Shown: piece after piece, positions 8,659 through 17,955 of the stretch | Numbering within the stretch: position 1 is the first letter of the stretch | How the letters are laid out: the number at the start of each line of letters is the position of its first letter | NCBI RefSeq assembly: GCF_000015145.1 | Contig: NC_008818.1 | Span: 1,590,001 to 1,622,000, forward strand | DNA from: Hyperthermus butylicus DSM 5456 | Lineage (GTDB): Archaea; Thermoproteota; Thermoprotei_A; Sulfolobales; Pyrodictiaceae | Reading direction: 5' to 3' | Length of the DNA stretch: 32,000 bases | Position numbers and translations under genes: made by a program | The notes under the pieces: model-generated | The model's input: the letters and a program-made list of their open reading frames with translations, nothing else | Told to the model about the DNA's origin: nothing | Database searches by the model: none

Positions 8659-9816
8659 CTAGACGCCGTGCTCGTGTAGCTTCTCCTGGAGAGCCCTCAG
8701 GCCGGAGCCTAGCTCTAGGTCGTATCCGAGGGACTTGAGGGTCCTCTCGAGCGCCGCTATCGTGGCCGCTATATCGGTGTAGCCTGTTTGGCCCATATGG
8801 CCTATCCTGAAGATCCTACCCTTAAGCTCCCCCAAGCCCCCGGCTATCTCTATACCGCGGGCCCTCATACCCGAGTATAGCTTTGGCCACTCCACCCCAT
8901 CCGGTATATAGGCTGCTGTAACTGTATCGGCACGGAAGCCCTCCTCCGCCACGAGCTTGAGTCCCATGGCCTCTAGCGCTGCTCTCACAGCCTCGGCCAT
9001 TATCCTGTGCCTCTTGTACCTCTCGCTGAGGCCTTCTGCCAGGATTATCCTGAGGGACTCCCTTAGCGCGTAGACGAGGTTAACAGCCGGTGTGACGTAA
9101 TAGTTCCTAGTCGACTCCATCTCCTTGAGAAGCTTCGGCATGTTGAAGTAGAGGCTCCAGGGACCCTCGCGCCCCTCAAGCTCCTCGCTATACTCTCTGC
9201 TGAACGCTACTATACCCAGGCCCGGAGGTACGCCCAGCGCCTTCTGGGAGCCAGTGAAGCACACGTCCACACCCCAATCGTCGAGTCTAACTTCCATGCC
9301 TCCTACAGAGGCTACGCCATCCACGAGGACCTTGACACCGTGCCTCTTGGCCTCAGCGGCTAGCTCTCTGAGCGGGTTAGCGACGCTAGTCGAGGTATCC
9401 ACGTGCTGGAAGGCTACGACCTCGGCGTCGGGATGCTTCCGGAGCACCGCTTCGAGGTCGCTGGCTGTGAACCCCCTACCGATAGGCGCCTCTATAACAA
9501 CTGCATTACCCCCTAGGGCCTCAACTCCTCTGGCCAGGTAGTCGCCAAAGAACCCGGCCTTGAGCACTACTACCTTGGAGCCCGGCTTGACTACGCTCCT
9601 AAGTGCCAGCTCCATCGCACTAGTCCCGCTGCCCGGTATCACCACAACCCTGCCCTTAGTTGCAAAGACCTCAGAGAGCATCTTGAGGACTTCACTATGT
9701 ATTTCATCGAACTCCGGCGAGACATGGTTGATTGTAGGCTTAGCCATAGCCAGGAGGACTTCTGGATCAACCATTGTAGGTCCAGGAGTCATAAGGAGAA
9801 CCTTGCCATGAACCAT
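8659..9816 (-). CDS. Class V aminotransferase (serine-pyruvate / alanine-glyoxylate aminotransferase family)
   Basis: LLMTPGPTMVDPEVLLAM...HVSPEFDEI...IPGSGTSAMELA...FTGSQKALGVPPGLG (PLP lysine)...FRIGHMG are hallmark AGXT-family motifs. Confidence 0.85.
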   Translation of the reverse strand: MVHGKVLLMTPGPTMVDPEVLLAMAKPTINHVSPEFDEIHSEVLKMLSEVFATKGRVVVIPGSGTSAMELALRSVVKPGSKVVVLKAGFFGDYLARGVEALGGNAVVIEAPIGRGFTASDLEAVLRKHPDAEVVAFQHVDTSTSVANPLRELAAEAKRHGVKVLVDGVASVGGMEVRLDDWGVDVCFTGSQKALGVPPGLGIVAFSREYSEELEGREGPWSLYFNMPKLLKEMESTRNYYVTPAVNLVYALRESLRIILAEGLSERYKRHRIMAEAVRAALEAMGLKLVAEEGFRADTVTAAYIPDGVEWPKLYSGMRARGIEIAGGLGELKGRIFRIGHMGQTGYTDIAATIAALERTLKSLGYDLELGSGLRALQEKLHEHGV

Positions 9817-10055
9817 TAGGGGTCACCGAAGGGCTGTGTAGTATCGCGTCAATTCGCTTTTAACATAACACATCCTATTAAAACTTTACCGCAAAAACAC
9901 TAAAACTATCTAAGACACCTACTTCTCAAGCTACTACCTAGCATATTCATGTAGCTCAACTTGACAAGAGAGCACTTCCTATGCTTCTTGGCTACAGCAT
10001 GACACATGAGATGAGTAGAACTAAGTAGGGGTTGCATGGAAGAGTGATGTGGATT

Positions 10056-10133
10056 TGGTGCCGCGGCCGGGATTTGAACCCGGGTCACGGGCTCGAGAGG
10101 CCCGCATACTTGGCCGGGCTATACTACCGCGGC
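10056..10133 (-). tRNA. tRNA-Glu (anticodon CUC), encoded CCA
   Basis: The reverse complement reads GCCGCGG-TA-GTAT..TATG-G-CGGGC-CTCTCGA-GCCCG-TGAC-CCGGG-TTCAAAT-CCCGG-CCGCGGC-A-CCA, a complete cloverleaf. Confidence 0.9.
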
Positions 10134-10177
10134 AGCCAGAGGGCTTCCGCGCAGCTAGGCTCCATGTTAGCGTTTCT

Positions 10178-10540
10178 TCACGTATGTGTGGCCTTTATAT
10201 ATTTTTCTCTTAGCTTTGTATAGATGTCTCTCGCATGAGATGCTGCTAATGCTATTACTATCAACTGTGCCACGTCTATGGTGGCCGAGGCGTAGCCGCG
10301 ACTGTCAACGTAGATGTCTAGTAGCGGTTTAAGATGGAGCTCCAGGTTGTATATCCTCGCATAAGCTATTGTGTAGATTGCGTGTAGTAATGCCGTTAGG
10401 AGTGCAACCGCTGTGAGCAACTTTCGCGGCGCCTCTATGACCAATAGGATTAGCAGGAAGACTATTGATGCTAGTACGACTGTACTTAACAGAGTTAATG
10501 CCGGATCTGTTTCAAGAGGAGTAAAGTATGATGACATCAT
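10178..10540 (-). CDS. Hypothetical small membrane protein (about 3 TM helices)
   Basis: 120-aa ORF with three long hydrophobic stretches and no recognisable family. It fits the gap between tRNA-Glu and nep1. Confidence 0.4.
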   Translation of the reverse strand: MMSSYFTPLETDPALTLLSTVVLASIVFLLILLVIEAPRKLLTAVALLTALLHAIYTIAYARIYNLELHLKPLLDIYVDSRGYASATIDVAQLIVIALAASHARDIYTKLREKYIKATHT

Positions 10541-10551
10541 GCCTTGCCACC

Positions 10552-11244
10552 CTATACTATGCCTAGGTGGTCTGCAAGGATTGCCAGGAGGTGTGATACT
10601 ACTGTCCAGGTTTCAAGGGGCTTCCCACCGTATATGCTGTAGATACCATCTGCTAGCTTCTTATTCTCCGGGCGGAAGTCCCCGTGAGGGAAGGCTCCTA
10701 CTATCACTGCTGGTGCCACCTCGCGGGCTAGCTCTATCGCGATCTCTCTCAGCCGCCGGGGCTCACCATCCTCTGCTAACAATATAATCTTCGTGGGCTG
10801 GATTGTTTCAAGGAGTACGCGAAGACTCATAGGCTTCAGTGTGAGTAGCGGCTCTCCCTCGGGGGGCACCCTACCTATCTCGAAGAGCTGCTCTATGAGG
10901 CCTACGAACCGGTTATAGTTTCTCGGGAGCCTAGTCTCGGGCTTTATGAATATTGCATAGTCGCCTATGGTGTGCACATAGGTTTCGAGGAGACCCTCGC
11001 GGTTTAGCGGGCTGCTAAGCGCTTCGAGGAGCGATATGTGGACTATGTCCGGCCGCCCCCTCTTCTCCGCCTCGGGTAGACCCTTCATGGCCTGGTGGTG
11101 TAGGCTCCGGTCAAGCAGTATGCTTGCTGGGGTCTTGCCGCGACGCTTTGCCGTCTTGTAGACTGCAGGGTGACCCCATATCTCCCGGGGCACAGTCTCT
11201 AGGGCGGCTTCAGCGAGCACCAGCTTTATCCTGGGCCGCTGCAT
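10552..11244 (-). CDS. nep1: Ribosomal RNA small subunit methyltransferase Nep1 (Emg1 family, SPOUT)
   Basis: KLVLAEAALETVP...LLDRSLHHQAM...RGRPDIVHISLLEALSSPLN...LPRNYNRFVGLIEQL matches the Nep1/Emg1 signature (RPDIVH). Confidence 0.85.
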   Translation of the reverse strand: MQRPRIKLVLAEAALETVPREIWGHPAVYKTAKRRGKTPASILLDRSLHHQAMKGLPEAEKRGRPDIVHISLLEALSSPLNREGLLETYVHTIGDYAIFIKPETRLPRNYNRFVGLIEQLFEIGRVPPEGEPLLTLKPMSLRVLLETIQPTKIILLAEDGEPRRLREIAIELAREVAPAVIVGAFPHGDFRPENKKLADGIYSIYGGKPLETWTVVSHLLAILADHLGIV

Positions 11245-11279
11245 GGCTCTACCCTACCCAGCTAGGGGTTTCGGGGCCG

Positions 11280-11627
11280 GTGTCTGGTTCAAAAGCTAAG
11301 TCCAGAGAGCTTGCTAGGGATGTCGCACTACAGGCCATCCGTACCCTCTACCTGGCAGCTGTTGACGCCGTGCGCAGGGGAGACTACGAGCTTGCTAGGA
11401 GGCTCGTAGCAGAGGCTGATGAAACTCGCCGTGTTATGAGGCTACGCAAGCCCCGCTTTCTGCGCCGCGGCGTCTGTAGAAATTGTAGTCTTCCACTCGT
11501 ACCGGGGGTTACGGCGCGCTACCGCCTCGTCCGGGACGGCAGCGTGACGAGGCTTGTCGTAACCTGTCTAGCGTGCGGGTATATACACCGCCACGTTCTC
11601 GTCCAGAGGAGGCGGGGAAGCCGCTAG
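11280..11627 (+). CDS. rnp4: RNase P protein component 4 (Rpp21/Rpr2 family zinc ribbon)
   Basis: ARDVALQAIRTLYLAA...ELARRLV...RKPRFLRRGVCRNCSLPLVPGVTARYRL...VVTCLACGY has the Rpr2 helical N-terminus plus a CxxC...CxxC zinc ribbon. The track ORF (from 11124) overlaps nep1; a GTG at 11280 is the first plausible start past nep1. Confidence 0.75.
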   Translation: MSGSKAKSRELARDVALQAIRTLYLAAVDAVRRGDYELARRLVAEADETRRVMRLRKPRFLRRGVCRNCSLPLVPGVTARYRLVRDGSVTRLVVTCLACGYIHRHVLVQRRRGSR

Positions 11628-11628
11628 T

Positions 11629-11991
11629 ATGCGTTCCAGGCTTGCAAGGCTGAAGGAGATTGTTCAGCAGGGCCCAGCTGACGTTATAATAGGCAAGAAA
11701 GGGCTCACCGAGGCAGTGTTAAAGGAGATTGACCGCAGGCTTAAGGAGAAGGGTATCGTCAAGGTTAAGGCTTTGAAGTCCGCAATCAAGGTTACCGGGC
11801 TTGACCGCAGAGAGTTGGCGAAAACTGTTGCAGAGCGACTCAACGCCAGGCTGCTAGATGTTAGGGGACGCACCTTTGTCCTCTACCGCCCCGAGCCGCA
11901 AACTAGAAAGTCTCGGAGTAGTGGTGGAGCTGATAAAAAGGCCTCAGCAAGTGTGGGCTCAGCGGGGAGGCGGAGATGGTTACAGCGCTAG
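11629..11991 (+). CDS. YhbY/CRS1-type RNA-binding domain protein
   Basis: [43 protein letters not shown]...[27 protein letters not shown] matches the CRM/YhbY fold pattern (IGKxGlt). Basic C-terminal tail. Confidence 0.75.
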   Translation: MRSRLARLKEIVQQGPADVIIGKKGLTEAVLKEIDRRLKEKGIVKVKALKSAIKVTGLDRRELAKTVAERLNARLLDVRGRTFVLYRPEPQTRKSRSSGGADKKASASVGSAGRRRWLQR

Positions 11992-12437
11992 AGGTTCCAG
12001 CGGATCTGCTCATAAAGCGCGTAGCTGAGAAGCTGAAGAAGATGCCCCAGATAAGACCGCCAGCATGGGCCTACTATGTGAAGACCGGCGTGCACAAGGA
12101 GAGACCACCAGAGGACCCTGACTGGTGGTATTATAGGGCAGCTTCTATACTCCGGAAGCTCTACAAGCGCGGCACCCCCGTAGGTGTTGAGAGGCTACGC
12201 ACCGCCTACGGCGGCCGCATGAACCGCGGCGTAGCTCCAGAACACTTTGCCAAGGGCTCCGGCTCGATTATCAGGAAGATACTACAACAGCTTGAGAGAG
12301 CTGGACTCGTTGTAAGGGTTAGGGGCAAGGGCCGCACGCTAAGCCCGAGGGGCCGCAGTCTACTCGACAACACCGCCTACGAGATAATGAAAGAGCTTGC
12401 CGAGAAGAATCCCGAGCTAAGGAAGTACCTTAGCTAG
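11976..12437 (+). CDS. rps19e: 30S ribosomal protein S19e (eS19)
   Basis: [57 protein letters not shown]...[11 protein letters not shown] is typical eS19. Confidence 0.92.
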   Translation: MVTALEVPADLLIKRVAEKLKKMPQIRPPAWAYYVKTGVHKERPPEDPDWWYYRAASILRKLYKRGTPVGVERLRTAYGGRMNRGVAPEHFAKGSGSIIRKILQQLERAGLVVRVRGKGRTLSPRGRSLLDNTAYEIMKELAEKNPELRKYLS

Positions 12438-12487
12438 CGAGGGTAGAGGATAATAATGGAAATGCAGGAGGAAACCAGGGGTAGGGG

Positions 12488-12850
12488 GTGGCGGCAGTGT
12501 CCGAGTACGACATCTATGATGCCGAGCTTGAAGAGATTAAGAGGCGGAAGCTGCTAGAGCTGCAGAGAAGGCTGCAAATGGAAGAGGAGCTCCGGAGGAG
12601 ACAGCAAGAGGAGGCTGCAAGAAGGGAGGCACTTCTACGCGCTATACTCACACCAGAGGCTAGGGAGAGACTTGCAAACGTTAGGCTCGTAAGGCCTGAG
12701 CTAGCAAAGATTGTTGAGGACAATATTATAGCACTAGTGCAGTCTGGCCAGCTAAGACCACCTGTTAGCGATGAGGTCGTCAAGCGTATCCTCGAGGCAA
12801 TATACGAGAGGACACACCGAGAGACACGTATAAGGATTAAAAGAAAGTAG
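12488..12850 (+). CDS. PDCD5/TFAR19-family dsDNA-binding protein
   Basis: Charged N-terminal helix, then [41 protein letters not shown]...[13 protein letters not shown], the conserved core of archaeal PDCD5 homologues. Confidence 0.8.
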   Translation: MAAVSEYDIYDAELEEIKRRKLLELQRRLQMEEELRRRQQEEAARREALLRAILTPEARERLANVRLVRPELAKIVEDNIIALVQSGQLRPPVSDEVVKRILEAIYERTHRETRIRIKRK

Positions 12851-12884
12851 CCCATGTCAACCGCAGCGGGGGGCCGAAGAGGCT

Positions 12885-13040
12885 ATGGCACACTTTAAGC
12901 CTCTGGGTAAAAAGCTACGTCTAGCTAAGGCGCTCAAACAGAACCGCTCTGTACCCATATGGGTTATAATAAAGACCAACCGAAGGTTCCGTGACCACCC
13001 GAAGCGTAGGCATTGGAGGAGAACCAAGCTCAAGGCTTAG
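12885..13040 (+). CDS. rpl39e: 50S ribosomal protein L39e (eL39)
   Basis: Not in the supplied track because it is 51 aa. My translation is [51 protein letters not shown], a textbook eL39 located just upstream of eL31. Confidence 0.88.
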   Translation: MAHFKPLGKKLRLAKALKQNRSVPIWVIIKTNRRFRDHPKRRHWRRTKLKA

Positions 13041-13053
13041 CGGGGTGTAAGCC

Positions 13054-13356
13054 ATGCCTAAGGATAAGAAGGAGGCAATTTACACGATACCTCTCTCAAG
13101 AGTATACTGGGGTAGACGTACAAACCGTGCAGCACGCGCCATTAAGCTTGTCCGGAAGTTCATAGCTCGCCACTTCGGCGTTAAGGAGGAGGATGTCATT
13201 ATACACAACAATGTAAACGAGTACATATGGTCTAGGAGCATCGAAAAGCCGCCCAGGAGAGTAACCGTCAAGGCAGTCAAGGACCCGGAGACAGGTAAGG
13301 TAAAAGTCATGCTCATAAGAGAATCGAAAATACAGCAGGGCCAAGCAACAAGCTAA
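13054..13356 (+). CDS. rpl31e: 50S ribosomal protein L31e (eL31)
   Basis: IYTIPLSRVYWGRRTNRAARAIKLVRKFIARHFG...IWSRSIEKPPRRVTVKAV is eL31-like. Confidence 0.9.
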   Translation: MPKDKKEAIYTIPLSRVYWGRRTNRAARAIKLVRKFIARHFGVKEEDVIIHNNVNEYIWSRSIEKPPRRVTVKAVKDPETGKVKVMLIRESKIQQGQATS

Positions 13357-13478
13357 CCTTCACTATGAAACCAACTAGTTTTCTTCACATTTCGCGGTAT
13401 GGAGAATTGCCGTGTGCTGGCCCTCCCACTTAACCTCCTTTACCCTCTAGGCTATCCCGCTTATACTGGGGGTTACAG

Positions 13479-14156
13479 TTGATAGAGTACCTTAATGTGC
13501 ATGGAAACCCCAACATAGGTGTATACATATACGCTAACAACAAGATAGCGCTAGTACCACCAACACTGACAGAGAAGGATAAGAAGAAAATAGAGGAGAC
13601 CCTAGGCGTCGAAGTTATTGAGACCAAAATAGCTGACATGATAATTAACGGGGTAATGATTGCTGGAAACGATAATGGACTACTCCTTCCACGCATCGTG
13701 AAGCCCGAAGAGCTAGACTACCTACGCGAACACATCGGCGACAAGGTTAGGCTCGAAATACTTGAGGTTAGGCAGACTGCCCTGGGGAACCTAATCGCAG
13801 CCAATAACCGTGGCGCTCTAGTATCACCGCTTATAGACAAGGCTATACTTGATAAGATAAAGTCCGTATTGGGTGTAGAGACTATATATCAGCGCCACCT
13901 AGCCAACATACCCACCGTGGGCTCAATGATCGTTGTTACTAACCGGGGCGGTGTTGTACACCCCGGTGTAAGCGATGACGAGATAAGGATACTGAATAGC
14001 GTGTTCGGAGTAGAATTCACGACCGCCACCGTAAACTTTGGCCTCTACTTCGTAAAGGCAGGCCTAGTAGCTAATGATCACGGTGCACTCGTTGGGGATG
14101 AAACTACTGGCCCGGAACTTATGCGTATCCAGCAAGCCTTAAGATTAAGAGGCTAG
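13479..14156 (+). CDS. eif6: Translation initiation factor 6 (aIF6)
   Basis: Pentein-repeat pattern: [74 protein letters not shown] start. Confidence 0.9.
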   Translation: MIEYLNVHGNPNIGVYIYANNKIALVPPTLTEKDKKKIEETLGVEVIETKIADMIINGVMIAGNDNGLLLPRIVKPEELDYLREHIGDKVRLEILEVRQTALGNLIAANNRGALVSPLIDKAILDKIKSVLGVETIYQRHLANIPTVGSMIVVTNRGGVVHPGVSDDEIRILNSVFGVEFTTATVNFGLYFVKAGLVANDHGALVGDETTGPELMRIQQALRLRG

Positions 14157-14184
14157 CCTGCCACTGCAGGCTCGGGGGAGGGGT

Positions 14185-14448
14185 ATGGGAGAGGTAAAGT
14201 TCTACCTGGTTGAGGGCAGGATGCTGATAAGACACGACCGGATGCCGGAATGGTGGAAGTTTAGGAAGTATGTGCGTGCGCTAAAGCCAGAGCACGCCGT
14301 GGAGAAGGTTCTGTCGGAGCTTGGCAGCAACCACAAGGTTAAGAGGTATCACGTCAAGATAGAGCGTGTAGTCGAGGTGCCACCGGAGGAGGTGCCCGAC
14401 CGCACACTACTAGTGCTAGCAAGTCTTACAAGGTGGGTTAAGCCTTGA
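14185..14448 (+). CDS. rplX: 50S ribosomal protein LX (L18Ae/eL20 family)
   Basis: MGEVKFYLVEGRMLIRHDRMPEWWKFRKYVRALKPEHAVEKVLSELGSNHKVKRYHVKIERVVEV is LX-like, in the conserved aIF6-LX-prefoldin alpha order. Confidence 0.85.
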   Translation: MGEVKFYLVEGRMLIRHDRMPEWWKFRKYVRALKPEHAVEKVLSELGSNHKVKRYHVKIERVVEVPPEEVPDRTLLVLASLTRWVKP

Positions 14449-14909
14449 GCCAAGCAGGGCAGAGCAGCAGGACTATAACGCTCGAGGAGGCGTTGGAACA
14501 ACTATCCCTCCTCGAGTCCCAACTCAACCAGCTCCAGGCAACGATACGTGAGATAGAGGTTAGGATAGCACAGTTAACCGCTGTAGAGGACGCACTAGCA
14601 AGCCTTGCCGAGGGTGCTGAGGACGCACTCATACCACTGGATGGAAGGGGTACTGTACTAGTGCCAGCATCGATAAAGAAGCTTGAGAGGATACTTGTTC
14701 ATGCCGGACTCAACGTGTTCGTAGAGGTTGACAGAGAGAAGGCGCTAGAGTATTTACGGGATGAAAAGGCTGCTCTCTCCAAACTCTTGGACGCCTATAG
14801 CCGCGAGTATGCAAGACTTGCACAGTACTATTCCGCATTACGCTCAGCAATAGAGTCGGCGCTGCAAGCTGCTCCACCACAGGCCAAGAGCCAACAGAGC
14901 CAACAATAA
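14445..14909 (+). CDS. pfdA: Prefoldin alpha subunit
   Basis: Coiled coil (LLESQLNQLQATIREIEVRIAQL), then a beta-hairpin region (ALIPLDGRGTVLVPASI...ILVHAGLNVFVEVD...A), then a second coiled coil. Overlaps the LX stop by 4 nt. TTG start. Confidence 0.85.
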   Translation: MSQAGQSSRTITLEEALEQLSLLESQLNQLQATIREIEVRIAQLTAVEDALASLAEGAEDALIPLDGRGTVLVPASIKKLERILVHAGLNVFVEVDREKALEYLRDEKAALSKLLDAYSREYARLAQYYSALRSAIESALQAAPPQAKSQQSQQ

Positions 14910-15001
14910 CGTTACGTAGTAACATTATACAGCATCAGACTAGACATTGCCTATTCTTCCAAGGTTTATTTACCCACTATCCTGCTGCATGGTGGGCTGC
15001 A

Positions 15002-15940
15002 ATGGTGTTCAACAAGCTTAAGGGTGTGCTGAAAAAGTTTGTTGATAGTGTTGTTGAAGTCGCTGTCACGAGAGAGCTTAGGGAGGAGGATATAGCACCA
15101 CTACTCGACGAGCTAGTTATAGAGCTAGCTGAGAGCGATGTGGCTCTCGAGGTTGCCGAGGAGATAGCTAACCGTCTACGTGAAGAACTTATCGGCAGGA
15201 AGATTCCAAGGTTTAGCGATGTTAGGAGCCTTGTCGTGGAGTCTCTGGAGAAGGCTATCGTTGACGTACTGAGCAGAGGTTATCAACCACTGGATTTGAT
15301 TGCCGAGGCTAGATCTAGGAGCCCCGGGAACCCTCTCCGCATACTATTCTTTGGCGTTAACGGCGTGGGCAAAACAACCACCATTGCGAAGTTTGCCTAC
15401 ATGTTTAAGCAGAACGGCATAACACCCGTCATAGCTGCTGCCGACACATATCGTGCAGGTGCACAAGAGCAACTACGCAGGCACGCAGAAAAGCTCAGCG
15501 TACCATTCATTGGTGGCCGCTATGGCGCCGACCCTGCTTCAGTTGTCTACGATGCTATAGAGTATGCTAGGGCCAGGGGGTACCGCGTCATACTGGCTGA
15601 TACCGCTGGCCGCATGCACACAGACCGTGACCTCATGGAGGAGCTAAGGAAGATAACAAGGGTAGCCAAGCCGGATTACCGTGCACTAGTCGTAGACGCG
15701 CTTACCGGCAACGATGCTGTGGAGCAGGCACGCTTCTTCGACGAAGCTGTAGGAATAGACTTCATAATCTTGACGAAGGTTGACGCCGACGTTAAGGGTG
15801 GGACTGCGCTAAGCGTAGCAGCCGTTACAGGCAAACCAATACTCTTCGTCGGCACTGGGCAGAAGTACGAGGATCTAGAGCTCTTCGACCCCAAACGCTA
15901 CACAGAGAAGATAATTGGGGAGCTGAAACAGAAGAGCTAG
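15002..15940 (+). CDS. ftsY: Signal recognition particle receptor FtsY
   Basis: SRP-GTPase NG domain: ILFFGVNGVGKTTTIAKFA, DTYRAGAQEQL, ILADTAGR, LTKVDADVKGG. Confidence 0.95.
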   Translation: MVFNKLKGVLKKFVDSVVEVAVTRELREEDIAPLLDELVIELAESDVALEVAEEIANRLREELIGRKIPRFSDVRSLVVESLEKAIVDVLSRGYQPLDLIAEARSRSPGNPLRILFFGVNGVGKTTTIAKFAYMFKQNGITPVIAAADTYRAGAQEQLRRHAEKLSVPFIGGRYGADPASVVYDAIEYARARGYRVILADTAGRMHTDRDLMEELRKITRVAKPDYRALVVDALTGNDAVEQARFFDEAVGIDFIILTKVDADVKGGTALSVAAVTGKPILFVGTGQKYEDLELFDPKRYTEKIIGELKQKS

Positions 15941-15999
15941 ACCGGCCACCCGTAGGAATATCTGGGGCTAACCCCGCCTACTCCCTGGGGTCTACGGCA

Positions 16000-16209
16000 A
16001 TGGCTAGCAAGGAGCGAGAAAGCAGCGGCCCCCTAGGCTACATAAGGATGGCACTACACGAGTGGAGGCTCATACTTCAGCGCGTAAGGAAGCCTGATCG
16101 CGAGGAGTACATACACACGGCCAAGATAATATGGCTAGCTATACTGCTTGTAGGCTCTGTAGCTTATGTCATACACCTCGTCGCTACACAAGTGGTAATG
16201 GGGGGCTAG
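16000..16209 (+). CDS. secE: Protein translocase subunit SecE (Sec61 gamma)
   Basis: 69-aa ORF with basic RKPDREEY followed by a single TM helix (IIWLAILLVGSVAYVIHLV), immediately upstream of Spt5/NusG as in the conserved secE-nusG arrangement. Confidence 0.8.
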   Translation: MASKERESSGPLGYIRMALHEWRLILQRVRKPDREEYIHTAKIIWLAILLVGSVAYVIHLVATQVVMGG

Positions 16210-16215
16210 TAGGCC

Positions 16216-16734
16216 TTGAGCCAGCCGGCTGAGGAGATACCCGGAGAAGCTAGGAGTGAAGAGCAAGAGAGAAGGCTGCAGCCGAGACTTTACGCTGTGA
16301 GAACCGTAGCGGGCCGTGAGATAGACGTCGCCCTCATAATGGAGCAGCGAGCCAGGGACCAAAATATGCCAATATATGCGATCATAGTCCCCCCACAGAT
16401 CAAAGGCTACGTTATCGTTGAGACGCCAGCTGCATTCTATGCCACAAATGCTATTCAGGGCATAAGGTATGCTAAGGGTGTCGTACCAGGTGTGCTAAGG
16501 TACGAGGATGTTGAGAGACTACTCAAGCCAAAGGCAGTAATAGAGACACTAAAGCCTGGCGACATTGTTGAGATCATCTCGGGCCCCTTCCGCGGCATGA
16601 AGGGCCAGGTGGTACGTGTATCGCCTAGCAAGAATGAGGTAGTTTTAAATGTGCTAGAGGTTGAATACCCACTCCAAATCACGGTGCCAGGTGACTCGGT
16701 AAGGCCGAGTAAGGAGGAGAGAGGGAGCAGGTAA
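16216..16734 (+). CDS. spt5: Transcription elongation factor Spt5 (NusG homologue)
   Basis: NGN domain ([16 protein letters not shown]...GYVIVE) plus a KOW motif ([21 protein letters not shown]). The stop overlaps the uL11 ATG (TAATG). Confidence 0.9.
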
Positions 16735-17240
16735 TGGGCATCAGAGTTATCAACGTCAAGGTTAGGGGTGGCGAAGCTAAGCCCGCCCCACCACTTGCAC
16801 CAGCAATCGAGAAGCTGGGTCTAGACGTAAACAAGGTAGTAGAAGACATTAACAAGGCTACCGAGAAGTATAAGGGGTTCGAAGTCGCTGTTAAGCTGAT
16901 AGTCGACGAGAACACCAAGGAGTACGAGATAGAGGTTAAGCCGCCAACAACAACAGAGCTCCTCCTAAAAGCTGTCGGTGCTAGCGAGCCCTCGGGAGAC
17001 CCGATGCACCAGAAGATAGGTGACCTGCCCTTCGAGAAGATTGTCGAGATCGCTATACTGAAGAAACCATCGCTAAACGCTAAGACACTAAAGGCCGCCG
17101 TTAAGACTATACTTGGCTCTGCCAGGAGCATAGGAATAACGGTTGACGGTAAAGATCCAAAACAGGTTACTAAGGAGGTTGAAGAGGGCCTCTATGATGC
17201 AGTACTAGCCAAGTACGAGGAGGAGTGGGAGAAGGCTTAG
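16734..17240 (+). CDS. rpl11: 50S ribosomal protein L11 (uL11)
   Basis: [36 protein letters not shown]...[22 protein letters not shown] is uL11-like. Confidence 0.95.
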
Positions 17241-17283
17241 ACCCCTCCAGGCCTGGGAGGGCTCGCGGGGAGGGTGAGTAGAA

Positions 17284-17937
17284 TTGTCGTTTGTACCACG
17301 AGAAGCTGTTGAGCAAGCCGTTAAGGAGGCACTTGAAATTAGCCCTAAGAGGAACTTTAAGCAGTCAGTAGACCTCATAGTAGTGCTTAGAGACATCGAT
17401 CTGAGAAGCCCCCAGGGCCGCATACGAGAGGTTGTTATACTCCCTCATCCACCGAAGAAACATGTACGTATCTGCGTAGCTGCTGATGGAGACATGGCTG
17501 TTAAGGCTAAGGAGGTTGCAGACCGTGTCCTAACAAGGGAGGAGCTACAGGGACTCGTGGGCAACCGTAAGGCTGCTAAGAAGATTGCAGAGTTCTGCGA
17601 CTGGGTAATAGTCAAGGCTGACCTAATGCCACTTGTTGGCCGCACCCTAGCACCAGCCCTAGGTCCGCGGGGCAAGGTACCAATACCAGTACCGCCAAAC
17701 GCGAACATAGCTGAGATAGTTAAGACGTACCGCTCTGCTGTGATGCTAAGGGCTAAGGATCAGCCACAAGTTATGTGCCGTGTTGGCACTGAGGATATGC
17801 CGGTAAACGAGATAGTTGATAACATATTTAAGGTGCTTTCAACGCTTGAGGGCAAGCTGCCAAATGCACGCCACAACATAGCTAAGGTAATCGTCAAGCT
17901 GACCATGGGCCCACCGGTAGAGGTTAAGCTTAGGTAA
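17284..17937 (+). CDS. rpl1: 50S ribosomal protein L1 (uL1)
   Basis: KRNFKQSVDLIVVLRDIDLRSPQGRIREVVILPH...FCDWVIVKADLMPLVGRTLAPALGPRGKVP is uL1-like. TTG start. Confidence 0.95.
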   Translation: MSFVPREAVEQAVKEALEISPKRNFKQSVDLIVVLRDIDLRSPQGRIREVVILPHPPKKHVRICVAADGDMAVKAKEVADRVLTREELQGLVGNRKAAKKIAEFCDWVIVKADLMPLVGRTLAPALGPRGKVPIPVPPNANIAEIVKTYRSAVMLRAKDQPQVMCRVGTEDMPVNEIVDNIFKVLSTLEGKLPNARHNIAKVIVKLTMGPPVEVKLR

Positions 17938-17955
17938 TAGACTTCGTGGAGGTGT

